From NCBI GenBank assembly GCA_048939995.1, contig JBHLOY010000015.1:1-42341 (forward strand): a stretch of DNA of 42,341 nt, written 5' to 3'. The translations under genes and the position numbers were made by a program. The stretch comes from Promethearchaeota archaeon (lineage in GTDB: Archaea > Asgardarchaeota > Lokiarchaeia > Sigyniarchaeales > SOKP01). Numbering within the stretch: position 1 is the stretch's first letter; each line of letters starts with the position of its first letter. Below the pieces are notes generated by a model. That model saw only the letters and a list, made by a program, of their open reading frames with translations, was not told the DNA's origin and made no database searches. Shown here one piece after another: positions 19,925 through 29,010 of the stretch.

Positions 19925-20959
19925 ATGTTAAGACAAATTTACATTTTTAAAGACGGTAATATTTTATATGAAAAGAATTTTGGAAAAGCTTTAACTCAAG
20001 AAAAGTTAAGAGATATCTATCTAGAGATTACTAAAGAAGCATTTCGAGGAATTGGAACTGATTTTGGGAGTTATTCCTTTTTCAAATATAAAATAGTTTA
20101 TTCCTCAGAAAGTGATTCAAGACTACTTTTTATGTTTATTGCTGGATTAAATGATGGTGATCAACAGTTAAAGAGTGATTTAAAAAAGTTTCAAAAAGAA
20201 TTTTCAGAAACTTTTGGAGATAGTATTGAAAATCTTGACCCCTCTTTACTACAAGTATTAGATCCTGTCATTGATTCAATATACAGAAATATAAAAACAA
20301 AAATCTCTTTAATTGGATTTTCTGGTGTTGGTAAGACTACCATAACAAAATTAATTCGTTCCGAAGAAATCCCCGATGTTCATGTTCCTACTATTACCGG
20401 AAAAGTCTCAACAATCAAAATGGGTAAATTATATTTTCACTTATGGGATTTTGCTGGCCAAGAACAATTCAGCTATTTATGGAATGACTTCATTTTTGGA
20501 AGTGATGCCGTTCTATTGATTTCAGATTCAAGTTTAGAAAATGTGGAAAAAAGTAGATTTTTTGTTGAACTAATAAGGGAGCAAGTACCTTATGCCCATT
20601 CAGCAGTTATTGGAAATAAGCAAGATTTACCCGATGCTTTAAAAATTGAAAAAATTGAAAAGATTTTAGGATTAAAAACATATTCAATGGTGGCAATTGA
20701 TCCAAATAATCGTGATAAAATGATTCAAATTATTGCTGATATTTTAGAAGTTAACACTGAAATCTCTCCATTGTTAAAACCTCTTTTTGAACGAGATCAG
20801 TTAATTGAAAAGGCAAAAAAATCTTTAGAAAGCGGAGATATTTTACAAACAGCAGAATATTTTGATAAGATTTCTGAACTATGTTATGATATGGGTGATT
20901 TTAGTCTTTATCGAGAGTTTTATGAAAAAGCAGAAAAATTAAAATCAAATCTGATTTAA
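19925..20959 (+). CDS. Small GTPase with N-terminal longin-like domain and C-terminal helical domain
   Basis: G1 GFSGVGKTT, G2 PT, G3 WDFAGQ, G4 NKQD. The N-terminal ~120 aa (QIYIFKDGNILYEKNF...LLFMFIAG) has a longin pattern. Confidence 0.88.
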   Translation: MLRQIYIFKDGNILYEKNFGKALTQEKLRDIYLEITKEAFRGIGTDFGSYSFFKYKIVYSSESDSRLLFMFIAGLNDGDQQLKSDLKKFQKEFSETFGDSIENLDPSLLQVLDPVIDSIYRNIKTKISLIGFSGVGKTTITKLIRSEEIPDVHVPTITGKVSTIKMGKLYFHLWDFAGQEQFSYLWNDFIFGSDAVLLISDSSLENVEKSRFFVELIREQVPYAHSAVIGNKQDLPDALKIEKIEKILGLKTYSMVAIDPNNRDKMIQIIADILEVNTEISPLLKPLFERDQLIEKAKKSLESGDILQTAEYFDKISELCYDMGDFSLYREFYEKAEKLKSNLI

Positions 20960-20994
20960 AAGTTCTAAAAAATTAAAAAAAAGAGAAAAAATAT

Positions 20995-22098
20995 TTAATC
21001 TTCTGATTTTTGGATTGATTTTGGATTATAATAAGAATCTTCTAGTACTTTAAGATATTCAATTAATACAGACTCTGATTTTGATTTCACTTCATATTGA
21101 TGTATAATTGTATTCAGAATAAATTTAGGATACACTCTTGTTATTTGGAAATCTGTTAAAAGACAATAATATTCTGCTCCGTGATCGTCTCGAAATGTAT
21201 GAATCATTTTATGTTCCCATAATTTTTTTAATGCACCATCAATATCATCTACTCCTTTTTTTCTTAGTTTCTCAAGAGCGCTCCTTGTCACAATTGCAAT
21301 CCGTAATAACTTTAATATTTCATATGTTTGTGGATCACTCAATATATCTAGCGAATTCAAGTTATCTTGTTCAGAGATATGATAATTTTGGAAAAATTTT
21401 TTAACTTCTATTTTATACTCTTGAATGTATTTCTCTGGAAGTCCTGCTTCCTCAGGATTTTGAAGAAGTTTTACAGGTGGTTTGCGAAGCATGAACAAAT
21501 CGCTTATTAGAAAAATTAGTTCAGAGGGCATTCCTTTAACTGATGTCTCTTTTATCAATTCCTTTTTGATAAGTTCATTAAGAGTTGCATCTATATCAAA
21601 AAAACCTCTTCGATATTTATCTTTTAACCAAACACTTAATTCAGATTTTGATACTACACCTTCTTCTCTAAGCCTGTTTATAATTAATCTATTAACTTCA
21701 TCTTGATAAGTAATAGCAAGGGTTTGCTCAAGGTTTAAATGTGGATAAACAGATAAGCGTTGAAATAAGAATGGTATCATATCCAGGTATAAATTATCTT
21801 CTAAGTTCTGAATTATGATTCTTGAAATATCTGACAATCCACCTTCATATGAATCTGGATCATCTTCTAAATTTAAGAGAGAAATTATATATAATGCTTT
21901 ATCTCTTCCCGTGTAAAAAGAAGCAATATTTAGATGTCCTACCAATAGACTTATCATTCCTGGTTCTCCAGTATATTCATGAGCAGCGTATACTTGCATT
22001 AAAGTTTCATCAGAAACTATAATTTCTTCTGGATATCGTGTTACAATTTCAGTCCCTACTTTTGGATCCCATCTCATAATAAGCAATCCAATTGGCAT
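20995..22098 (-). CDS. Longin/uDENN-like + winged-helix protein (367 aa), copy B
   Basis: Colinear with 14226..15329, with identical blocks INRLREEGVVSKSEL and SVKGMPSELIFLI. Start overlaps the upstream stop (TAATG). Confidence 0.65.
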   Translation of the reverse strand: MPIGLLIMRWDPKVGTEIVTRYPEEIIVSDETLMQVYAAHEYTGEPGMISLLVGHLNIASFYTGRDKALYIISLLNLEDDPDSYEGGLSDISRIIIQNLEDNLYLDMIPFLFQRLSVYPHLNLEQTLAITYQDEVNRLIINRLREEGVVSKSELSVWLKDKYRRGFFDIDATLNELIKKELIKETSVKGMPSELIFLISDLFMLRKPPVKLLQNPEEAGLPEKYIQEYKIEVKKFFQNYHISEQDNLNSLDILSDPQTYEILKLLRIAIVTRSALEKLRKKGVDDIDGALKKLWEHKMIHTFRDDHGAEYYCLLTDFQITRVYPKFILNTIIHQYEVKSKSESVLIEYLKVLEDSYYNPKSIQKSED

Positions 22099-25000
22099 TA
22101 GTCATTTTCCCCTCCATTCTTTGTAATTTTATTAGCAAATTGACCGAATCTTGACTTTAAATCCTTAGCACTAATAATGTCTTCAAGCGAAAGTCCTATT
22201 GATTTCCACTCTTCACCATATAATTCAGACATCAATTCTTCCTTGTTTGGGATAGACATTTCAGTGATCTTTTTCTTTGACTTAATGGCTCCTTTGACTT
22301 TTCTAATCTTTTTCACAAACTTCGGAATTTTTGCTTGTTGAATAGCCCTGTAACCTATTGCTGTAATCGCTATTGCGGCTACAGAAGCTGTAATTAGAAT
22401 GAAATAGAAAGTTGGCATTCCAGGGAAAATCTCCTCCATTAGAATATTAAAAGTGATATCTACCTCTTGACTAGTAAAATTATCTTTTTGTATGATTATC
22501 CTTCCACCAAATATATTTGATACAAAAAAAGCATCAATATTTTCGGTATTGAATGTCATCGTATAATAACCAGGAGTATCTTCCGTAAAACTATAATCAG
22601 ATCCTTGAGTTCTAAGTACTAATGAAGCGTTGGTTAATATTGAGTTTCTTGTAGTATCTGTTAGATTTATTTCTAGAAAGATATCAGATCCTTGAACAAC
22701 ACTTACTTGATTTCCGCTCTTACCTGTCGCTTCCCATTCTACACTAAATTCTCTTAGTTTTATTTCAAGATCTAATAGAGCAAATCTGGCATCATAGCTT
22801 TCTTTTTGTAAAGTTATAAATAGTCTGTAATCTCCAATTGGTTTTTTCGCTGTATTGAAATCTAATGAATAAGATTTATTTGCTAGTTCAATTAATGTCC
22901 CCGCTCCCTCCATACCCGGTATTGGATCACGATTCTCATCTAATTGCTGCCAACTGTAAACGGCTAAATCCAAATCTCCCAAAGTCTTAGCTGTTAAAGC
23001 ATCTGAATATATAAAATTGAATAACTCACCATCTTCTGCCCAAATTTTGGGGTAGGATGAAAAATGAACCTCACCATTAACATAAGTGGGTCTTGGATCG
23101 ACATCTAGAAATATATTAAAATTACTTTGAGTAGTAAAATTCTCAAGAGAAGCGCTAATTGATATGACCTTTATTCCTGTACTTAATGCACTTGAAGTAT
23201 TTAATTGAAGAGTGTAATATCCAATATTAATTGGATCTGGTTGAATAGTGAAAGGTCCTATTCCAATCCAACTATATCTGACTTGTGCTCCAAGAAGATT
23301 ATTAAGAATATCAGAACGATAGTATCTAATTGTTAAATTCACAAGTTCACCATAATAGGCATTAATCGTACTATCTGGGATTTCTATGAGAGAATCATGA
23401 TCATATAATCTAATTGTTGTTGGAATTGCTCTCACCCTTACAAAAAAAGTCTCAGTGTTTGGTTGAGGATATCCCGGTTTATTTCCCGTTATTTTAAAAG
23501 AATAATATATGTAAGAACCTCCAGCAGATAATAGATTAGAATTAAGGGTAATTGAAAAATTTCCACTTCCAAGAAAATTCATTTCTTTCACAAATAATAC
23601 TGAACTCGAACCTACTTCAGTTATAATCAAACTGCATGATGAAGATAAACCAGTTGGAGTCCAAGAACCTCCTCCGTCTTGAGTATAATAAAAATTCACA
23701 GAATAAGTCATATTATTACCCCAAAGCACATCAGTAGTACCCGTTGCATTAAAGAATGCTGTATCATAATTTGTTGTATTTAACTCCGATGGGAGGATAA
23801 GATTAAATGTTATAGAAGCACTACCATAAAAAGTATAGTTATAATAAGTTGTTCCGGTATTAGATGTAGGATACCATTGATTTTCCGGATCAAGTTCAGT
23901 AATATTAAACGCAATATCAATATTATCAAGATAATTTATTGAAAAATTATAAGTTCTATCAATGAAAAACCAGAATGGCAATTCAAAACCATTTTTTGGT
24001 CCATAAGATGAACCATTTCTTTCCCAGAATGAAGTCAAATTTATTAATGGTTGTCCGGCATCATCTCTTACTTTAATTAAAGAAGAAACAGGCATACCTT
24101 CAGGTGAAATATCTTTACTTATTACTCTAATATGCAATTTAGATAATTTTGTCCTATTATAAGTGTTTGCTGTTTCAATTAAATCCACAGTAATAACCCC
24201 ATTACATTGAGTGCTATTCAATCCGTTTATTTCAATGAATAAACCATAAACTTGATGGTTCTCACTATTCAATTTTGAATTAGTTATTCTAATCATATCT
24301 AAGCTTATGAAATCGTTGTCATCCCCAAATCCATAATCGTCATCGAAATAAATAAGATTTTCCTCCCCAACACCTTTAGAATTGTCTCTATCGATATAAT
24401 AGATAGAGATATCTTGAATCTGATCATTCATATTCGTTAATGTGATATTAGCTTTTACAATTTTTTTATTTCCAAACGTTATTCTTGAACCATTTGTATA
24501 AATATATTCACTTACATTATATCTGCTTTCAATGCTTGGAGCTTGATTAACTTCATCTACATCTATAATATGGGTTTGAAACTTTGAAATCTCATAATCA
24601 GAGCGATTTATATATCCATAGCTTACCAAGAAGGGATAACTATCATAGTCTTCATTATTATAATAGACCTCATAATAATAATAGGAAGCAGATGTCCACC
24701 GAAAAGTTGTTTTTCCTTGAGAACTTAACGTTATCGTACTTAAAACAGTACCTGCTTTTTGATCACTTACATTTATATATGCATATTTTAATGGTAGTCT
24801 CTCCCAGTCAACAATTTCAAAATCAATTGTCCATAAATCCAATTTTAGATCAACTATAAAAGATTTTCCAGTGAAATTATGAGTTATTGAATTAAATTTA
24901 GTGCTATTATATACTTCTACTTCTTCAGATCCAAGGGTGTAATTCGCTGTAATATTGTACACACCATTTAATACATTATTAAACACAATTGAACCATTTA

Positions 25001-26498
25001 AACTTGAACTTACTCCTGATTGAACTATAAAGTTATCTGTACCTTTAGCAGAGTTATTAACAATTGCAACCTTGGCATTTGGAACTATTCTACCGTCAAT
25101 ATCTCTTGTAATTATTGTAATATCGGATCTTCTCTTTTGAGCCTCATTAACTACAGCTGTTAATGTATAATTAAAACTTAATGCGTCTACTTGGAAAAAA
25201 GCTGATTTCTGCTTAAATTGGGCGCTAGATTCATCACCCCATACTCCAAATTCAAAAAAGACTTCTTTACCCATGTATTGTGTTAAATCTATACCAACAA
25301 ATCCAGTTAATTCCCCATCACTAGAAGTATCTGATACTGTGTCTTTTATTTCTTGTGTACTTGTGTGAGTATCAAAGTTAATTAATTTTGTCTGATCTTC
25401 CAATGGTAACCACTTTTTAGAACTTGGATTGTATTCAGAATATCCATCATATATTTCTCCATAATTATCATAATTATTATTATAGATATCAGAATCATCA
25501 TGGAGATCAGGATCAGTATTATAATGAGATGATGACCCATTTAAAATTCTTAAAAAATACCCATCTACATTCAGATCTGCATCCATGGTTTTTGGCTTTT
25601 CAAATCTCCATGTCCTAATATTCCGAAACAAATCTAAAGAAATAGCTCCCCCTTCAACTATAGGAACTTTAAATGGATAAGTAAATAAAGTTCCTGCATA
25701 ATCATTTATCGTATCAGTGGGTAAAACTACTCCCGAAGTACCCCATTTATATGCATAAGATCCATCACCAACTCTCTCTCCAGATTGTGGATTACTTATT
25801 AACTTATTTACAAATAATTCAATACCTGGACTATTATATTCGGCTGAGCTTGGATTGGTTTGACCCTTAATAGTATTAACTGGGTTATGTGAAAAATTCC
25901 ATCCATATGGCTCATAATTTGAGTCCGTAGATATATCTAGTTCAAAATTACCATTTTTAATCCATCCAAAGCTCTCAGAAATATCTCGCGCTTCAAAATT
26001 TATAGCTATCTCATTACCAAAATATAAATATGTATCTCTTTCAGTTCGACTCGCTGAGACATTAGTGTCAAACCAAATAGTTGCTAAATTTTGACTAGGA
26101 TAATCTTTTTGCACATAATAGTTTCTTAAAATCCCATTTTCAACAATTCTTAAATCGTCTAGATCCGATTGTAATTTGCCTTCTTGTACCAAATTAACAT
26201 AATTGAATGATAAACTCACTCCAAAATCAACGAAATTATAAGAATAAGGGTTTGTAATATTAATAAGCATTCTATATTCGAAAGAATGATCCCACCAAGG
26301 AGCATTGCCAAATAAACTCGATTTGGGAAAATGTAATATATTATTCTCATAATCATTATAATGATTGTTAAAATTACTAAAATCAGGAGAATTAGTTGAT
26401 ATATTCATCAAAAAGACTGAATAAGCACCAGTTAAAAGAATAAATGATAAAATAAAGAGTCCCATTAGTCTATTGCGACGTAATCTTTTATTTTTCAT
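22098..26498 (-). CDS. Large single-pass cell-surface protein B (DUF2341-like, carbohydrate-binding-like, Ig-like stalk, C-terminal TM + tail)
   Basis: Signal segment; WWDHSFEYRMLINITN...DLDDLRIV...YLYFGN (DUF2341-like); IKNGNFE; C-terminal EIFPGMPTFYF-TM-YRAIQQAKIPKFVK shared with protein A. Confidence 0.85.
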   Translation of the reverse strand: MKNKRLRRNRLMGLFILSFILLTGAYSVFLMNISTNSPDFSNFNNHYNDYENNILHFPKSSLFGNAPWWDHSFEYRMLINITNPYSYNFVDFGVSLSFNYVNLVQEGKLQSDLDDLRIVENGILRNYYVQKDYPSQNLATIWFDTNVSASRTERDTYLYFGNEIAINFEARDISESFGWIKNGNFELDISTDSNYEPYGWNFSHNPVNTIKGQTNPSSAEYNSPGIELFVNKLISNPQSGERVGDGSYAYKWGTSGVVLPTDTINDYAGTLFTYPFKVPIVEGGAISLDLFRNIRTWRFEKPKTMDADLNVDGYFLRILNGSSSHYNTDPDLHDDSDIYNNNYDNYGEIYDGYSEYNPSSKKWLPLEDQTKLINFDTHTSTQEIKDTVSDTSSDGELTGFVGIDLTQYMGKEVFFEFGVWGDESSAQFKQKSAFFQVDALSFNYTLTAVVNEAQKRRSDITIITRDIDGRIVPNAKVAIVNNSAKGTDNFIVQSGVSSSLNGSIVFNNVLNGVYNITANYTLGSEEVEVYNSTKFNSITHNFTGKSFIVDLKLDLWTIDFEIVDWERLPLKYAYINVSDQKAGTVLSTITLSSQGKTTFRWTSASYYYYEVYYNNEDYDSYPFLVSYGYINRSDYEISKFQTHIIDVDEVNQAPSIESRYNVSEYIYTNGSRITFGNKKIVKANITLTNMNDQIQDISIYYIDRDNSKGVGEENLIYFDDDYGFGDDNDFISLDMIRITNSKLNSENHQVYGLFIEINGLNSTQCNGVITVDLIETANTYNRTKLSKLHIRVISKDISPEGMPVSSLIKVRDDAGQPLINLTSFWERNGSSYGPKNGFELPFWFFIDRTYNFSINYLDNIDIAFNITELDPENQWYPTSNTGTTYYNYTFYGSASITFNLILPSELNTTNYDTAFFNATGTTDVLWGNNMTYSVNFYYTQDGGGSWTPTGLSSSCSLIITEVGSSSVLFVKEMNFLGSGNFSITLNSNLLSAGGSYIYYSFKITGNKPGYPQPNTETFFVRVRAIPTTIRLYDHDSLIEIPDSTINAYYGELVNLTIRYYRSDILNNLLGAQVRYSWIGIGPFTIQPDPINIGYYTLQLNTSSALSTGIKVISISASLENFTTQSNFNIFLDVDPRPTYVNGEVHFSSYPKIWAEDGELFNFIYSDALTAKTLGDLDLAVYSWQQLDENRDPIPGMEGAGTLIELANKSYSLDFNTAKKPIGDYRLFITLQKESYDARFALLDLEIKLREFSVEWEATGKSGNQVSVVQGSDIFLEINLTDTTRNSILTNASLVLRTQGSDYSFTEDTPGYYTMTFNTENIDAFFVSNIFGGRIIIQKDNFTSQEVDITFNILMEEIFPGMPTFYFILITASVAAIAITAIGYRAIQQAKIPKFVKKIRKVKGAIKSKKKITEMSIPNKEELMSELYGEEWKSIGLSLEDIISAKDLKSRFGQFANKITKNGGEND

Positions 26499-26626
26499 TG
26501 ATTCATCAATTCTTTATGTGTTTTTTAAAGATTAATTTTAAAAAAATGATAAAAGAACCTAAATATAATATTTTGTTATAACATAATGATTTCTATAAAA
26601 AATTAGAAAAAATGAACTAAATTTTC

Positions 26627-27274
26627 CTACAATCTTTTTTTAAGCAATAGAAATATTTTCCTTCTTTTTGGATTATTTGGATTATCAATTATGAAATTTC
26701 CTTCAAATTTAGTATTTTCAACGAATATTTTCCCAATTCTCTCCATAATTTCATTGCTTTTAGGATAAAATTGAAATATTGCTTTGCAATTTGGTCTTAA
26801 CACATTAAAGAAAGACTTACTAAGTGCGATAACTAAGGATTCCATCCTTTGATTACTTATATCTCTAAATATCCATTGTAAGGCAGATATTGAAATAATA
26901 GCATCAAATCTCTCAGGTTTAAAAGGAAGAAAACACATATCTGCTCTTATAGGATTGAGATCTTGTAAATCGTAGAACTTTAAGAATTCCAAGATAATAT
27001 CAAGTGCCACAACTTTAAATCCAAGTTCTTTTAAGTATGATGCAGCAAATCCAGGTCCACAACCTGCATCTAAGATACTCAATTTCGATGGAGTTATTTC
27101 TAATAACTCTAATGCTCTGCTCGTTATTTTTTCTTGGATTCTCATCATACTTTTGGATTTTGCATATCTCTTAATATTTTCACTGTCATAATAATCCCAA
27201 ACATGCTTAAAAACTTCTTCAGGTCTCTTTGTTTTTATATTGAAAGTTAATCTGTCGTTCAAATCAAATAACAC
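26627..27274 (-). CDS. Class I SAM methyltransferase, Bud23/WBSCR22-like
   Basis: RPEE, IQ..IT.RALELL, ILDAGCGPG, FDAIISISALQW, QFYPK and IIDNP...KRRKIFL appear in the same order as in yeast Bud23 (compared from memory). Confidence 0.8.
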   Translation of the reverse strand: MLFDLNDRLTFNIKTKRPEEVFKHVWDYYDSENIKRYAKSKSMMRIQEKITSRALELLEITPSKLSILDAGCGPGFAASYLKELGFKVVALDIILEFLKFYDLQDLNPIRADMCFLPFKPERFDAIISISALQWIFRDISNQRMESLVIALSKSFFNVLRPNCKAIFQFYPKSNEIMERIGKIFVENTKFEGNFIIDNPNNPKRRKIFLLLKKRL

Positions 27275-27389
27275 TAATAAATATTAATATGATATGAGGA
27301 AAATCCAAATATTCACAATTAAAACAAAAATTTTATTTAATTTTAAGTATTTCATATCATACTAGAAACAATTTCTCAAGTGATACTAA

Positions 27390-27689
27390 TTGGCTGAAAA
27401 AGACGAGAAGACTTTAGTTAGAAAAGCCACCTTAAATTTAAGAAGAAAATACGGAAGAACAAAACAACTTGATATCGTAGAAAGAGACGCATTCATCCCT
27501 AGTTCATTAGAGAAAGAAATAAAAGAATCTCTACAAAAGAAAAAAGCAATTTTAGCTTCGGATATCGCTCTAAAATACGATATTAGATTATCTACTGTCC
27601 AATTGTTATTAAAACAATACGAAGAAGAAGGGATAATCGAATTATATGATCCTTCACTAAAATTGAAAATATACGTTCCCAAATCTTAA
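27390..27689 (+). CDS. rps25e: 30S ribosomal protein S25e (eS25)
   Basis: 99-aa basic winged-helix protein (AILASDIALKYDIRLSTVQLLLKQYEEEGII...KIYVP). TTG start. Confidence 0.8.
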   Translation: MAEKDEKTLVRKATLNLRRKYGRTKQLDIVERDAFIPSSLEKEIKESLQKKKAILASDIALKYDIRLSTVQLLLKQYEEEGIIELYDPSLKLKIYVPKS

Positions 27690-27810
27690 GTTATAAACCT
27701 GTTTACTCGATTTCCATCTTCCTAATTGGAAACAAATTTATACTTTTTCACATTAGTTCATATTAAATATATACACTATAACTTATCCATTCAAACACTT
27801 ATTTAATAAA

Positions 27811-27911
27811 GCAGATGTAGCCTAGCTGGTAAGACGCCGGCCTCGAGGGGTTAATTTACTGAGAGAGCCGGTGCGCATAAGCGCTCGAGGGTTCGAGTCC
27901 CTCCATCTGCG
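27811..27911 (+). tRNA. tRNA-Ser(CGA) with 18-nt intron (27848..27865) at canonical position 37/38
   Basis: Acceptor stem GCAGATG/CATCTGC with discriminator G; anticodon stem CCGGC/GCCGG; anticodon CGA at 27844-27846; long variable arm GCGC-ATAA-GCGC; T arm GAGGG-TTCGAGT-CCCTC. CUCG/UGAG forms the central helix of a BHB-like motif. CCA not fully encoded. Confidence 0.93.
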
Positions 27912-27931
27912 CCTAAACTATCTTAGAAAGG

Positions 27932-29008
27932 GTGAATCAAATAGAAACTAAAAAGATAGTAATTATTGGTGAATTGCATCAAGATTTATATTATGAAAGT
28001 GAATTTTATGAACAAATCGTAGATGAGATTGTAAAAAATTTGGTAAATCTTATTAGATATAATCCTGATGATTTAAACAAGTCTATTTTAGAGAGATTTG
28101 TAAAAAAAGGAATTAATGATACTCCTAAAAAAGTAATGGGCTTATGTTACTTCAAAAGAGGAGGAAATGGTAATAATTCTGCAGAGTATCTCGCTAATTT
28201 AGGTATTCCTACTAAATTGGTTAGTGTAATTGGGAGAGGAAGCGAATGGATGATCGAAGAATTAATGGAAATTGGGATTGATACTGAATCAATTTTTCAA
28301 ATTAATGAAATTACCCCCGTCAGTACGATTATTAAATCAAACTTTACAACTAAAATACACCTAGCTCCAAACTTAAAGGATAAGATGAACTTTAATGGAA
28401 TTAACATTGAAGATAAGATTTTCAACAATGGTAAAATAATATTTTCTACCCCTCTCGCTGAAAAATTTATTGATATATTTGAAAGAGGCTCAAATTTTGG
28501 CTTAATTACAGCTTTTAACATAGAAAGACAAAAAATTCAAAGTATTGATCAATTATCTAACCTCATTAGAAATCGAAAAGATTTACTATTTTTAAATTTA
28601 AAAGATGCCTACTTGATTATGGAACGAAAAGCTAATATAGAAGAAGTAGATCAATGTTTCCAGAAGTTTGCTTATATTAGAGTTTACACCGCGGGAAAGG
28701 AAGGATCATATGTAAAGACTGACTATTTTACTCTCAACTTCCCTGGAATAGAGGTAGATGCAGTTGTTGATAGAACTGGGGCAGGAGATTGTTATGCCGC
28801 GGGGTTTTTAACGAAGTTATATGAATATATTAAAGATAAAGAGGTATTAGTTGAGTTAATGCATCATAAAAATGTAAATAAATTAAAGGAAATTTTAAAT
28901 GCATGTATTAAATTCGCTACATTTACAGCCATCTATAAAGTAACAAAACAGATGGCCCCATCCAAAGAAGAACTAGAATTATTTATAAAAAATTTCCAAT
29001 TTAAATAA
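27932..29008 (+). CDS. PfkB-family carbohydrate kinase
   Basis: GGNGNNSA and DRTGAGDCYAAGFL signatures. Start could alternatively be ATA 27941. Confidence 0.88.
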   Translation: MNQIETKKIVIIGELHQDLYYESEFYEQIVDEIVKNLVNLIRYNPDDLNKSILERFVKKGINDTPKKVMGLCYFKRGGNGNNSAEYLANLGIPTKLVSVIGRGSEWMIEELMEIGIDTESIFQINEITPVSTIIKSNFTTKIHLAPNLKDKMNFNGINIEDKIFNNGKIIFSTPLAEKFIDIFERGSNFGLITAFNIERQKIQSIDQLSNLIRNRKDLLFLNLKDAYLIMERKANIEEVDQCFQKFAYIRVYTAGKEGSYVKTDYFTLNFPGIEVDAVVDRTGAGDCYAAGFLTKLYEYIKDKEVLVELMHHKNVNKLKEILNACIKFATFTAIYKVTKQMAPSKEELELFIKNFQFK

Positions 29009-29010
29009 CT

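Noticed and set aside
27811-29008. tRNA as integration site of a mobile element
   Set aside because: No integrase and no duplicated tRNA 3' end noticed in the window.
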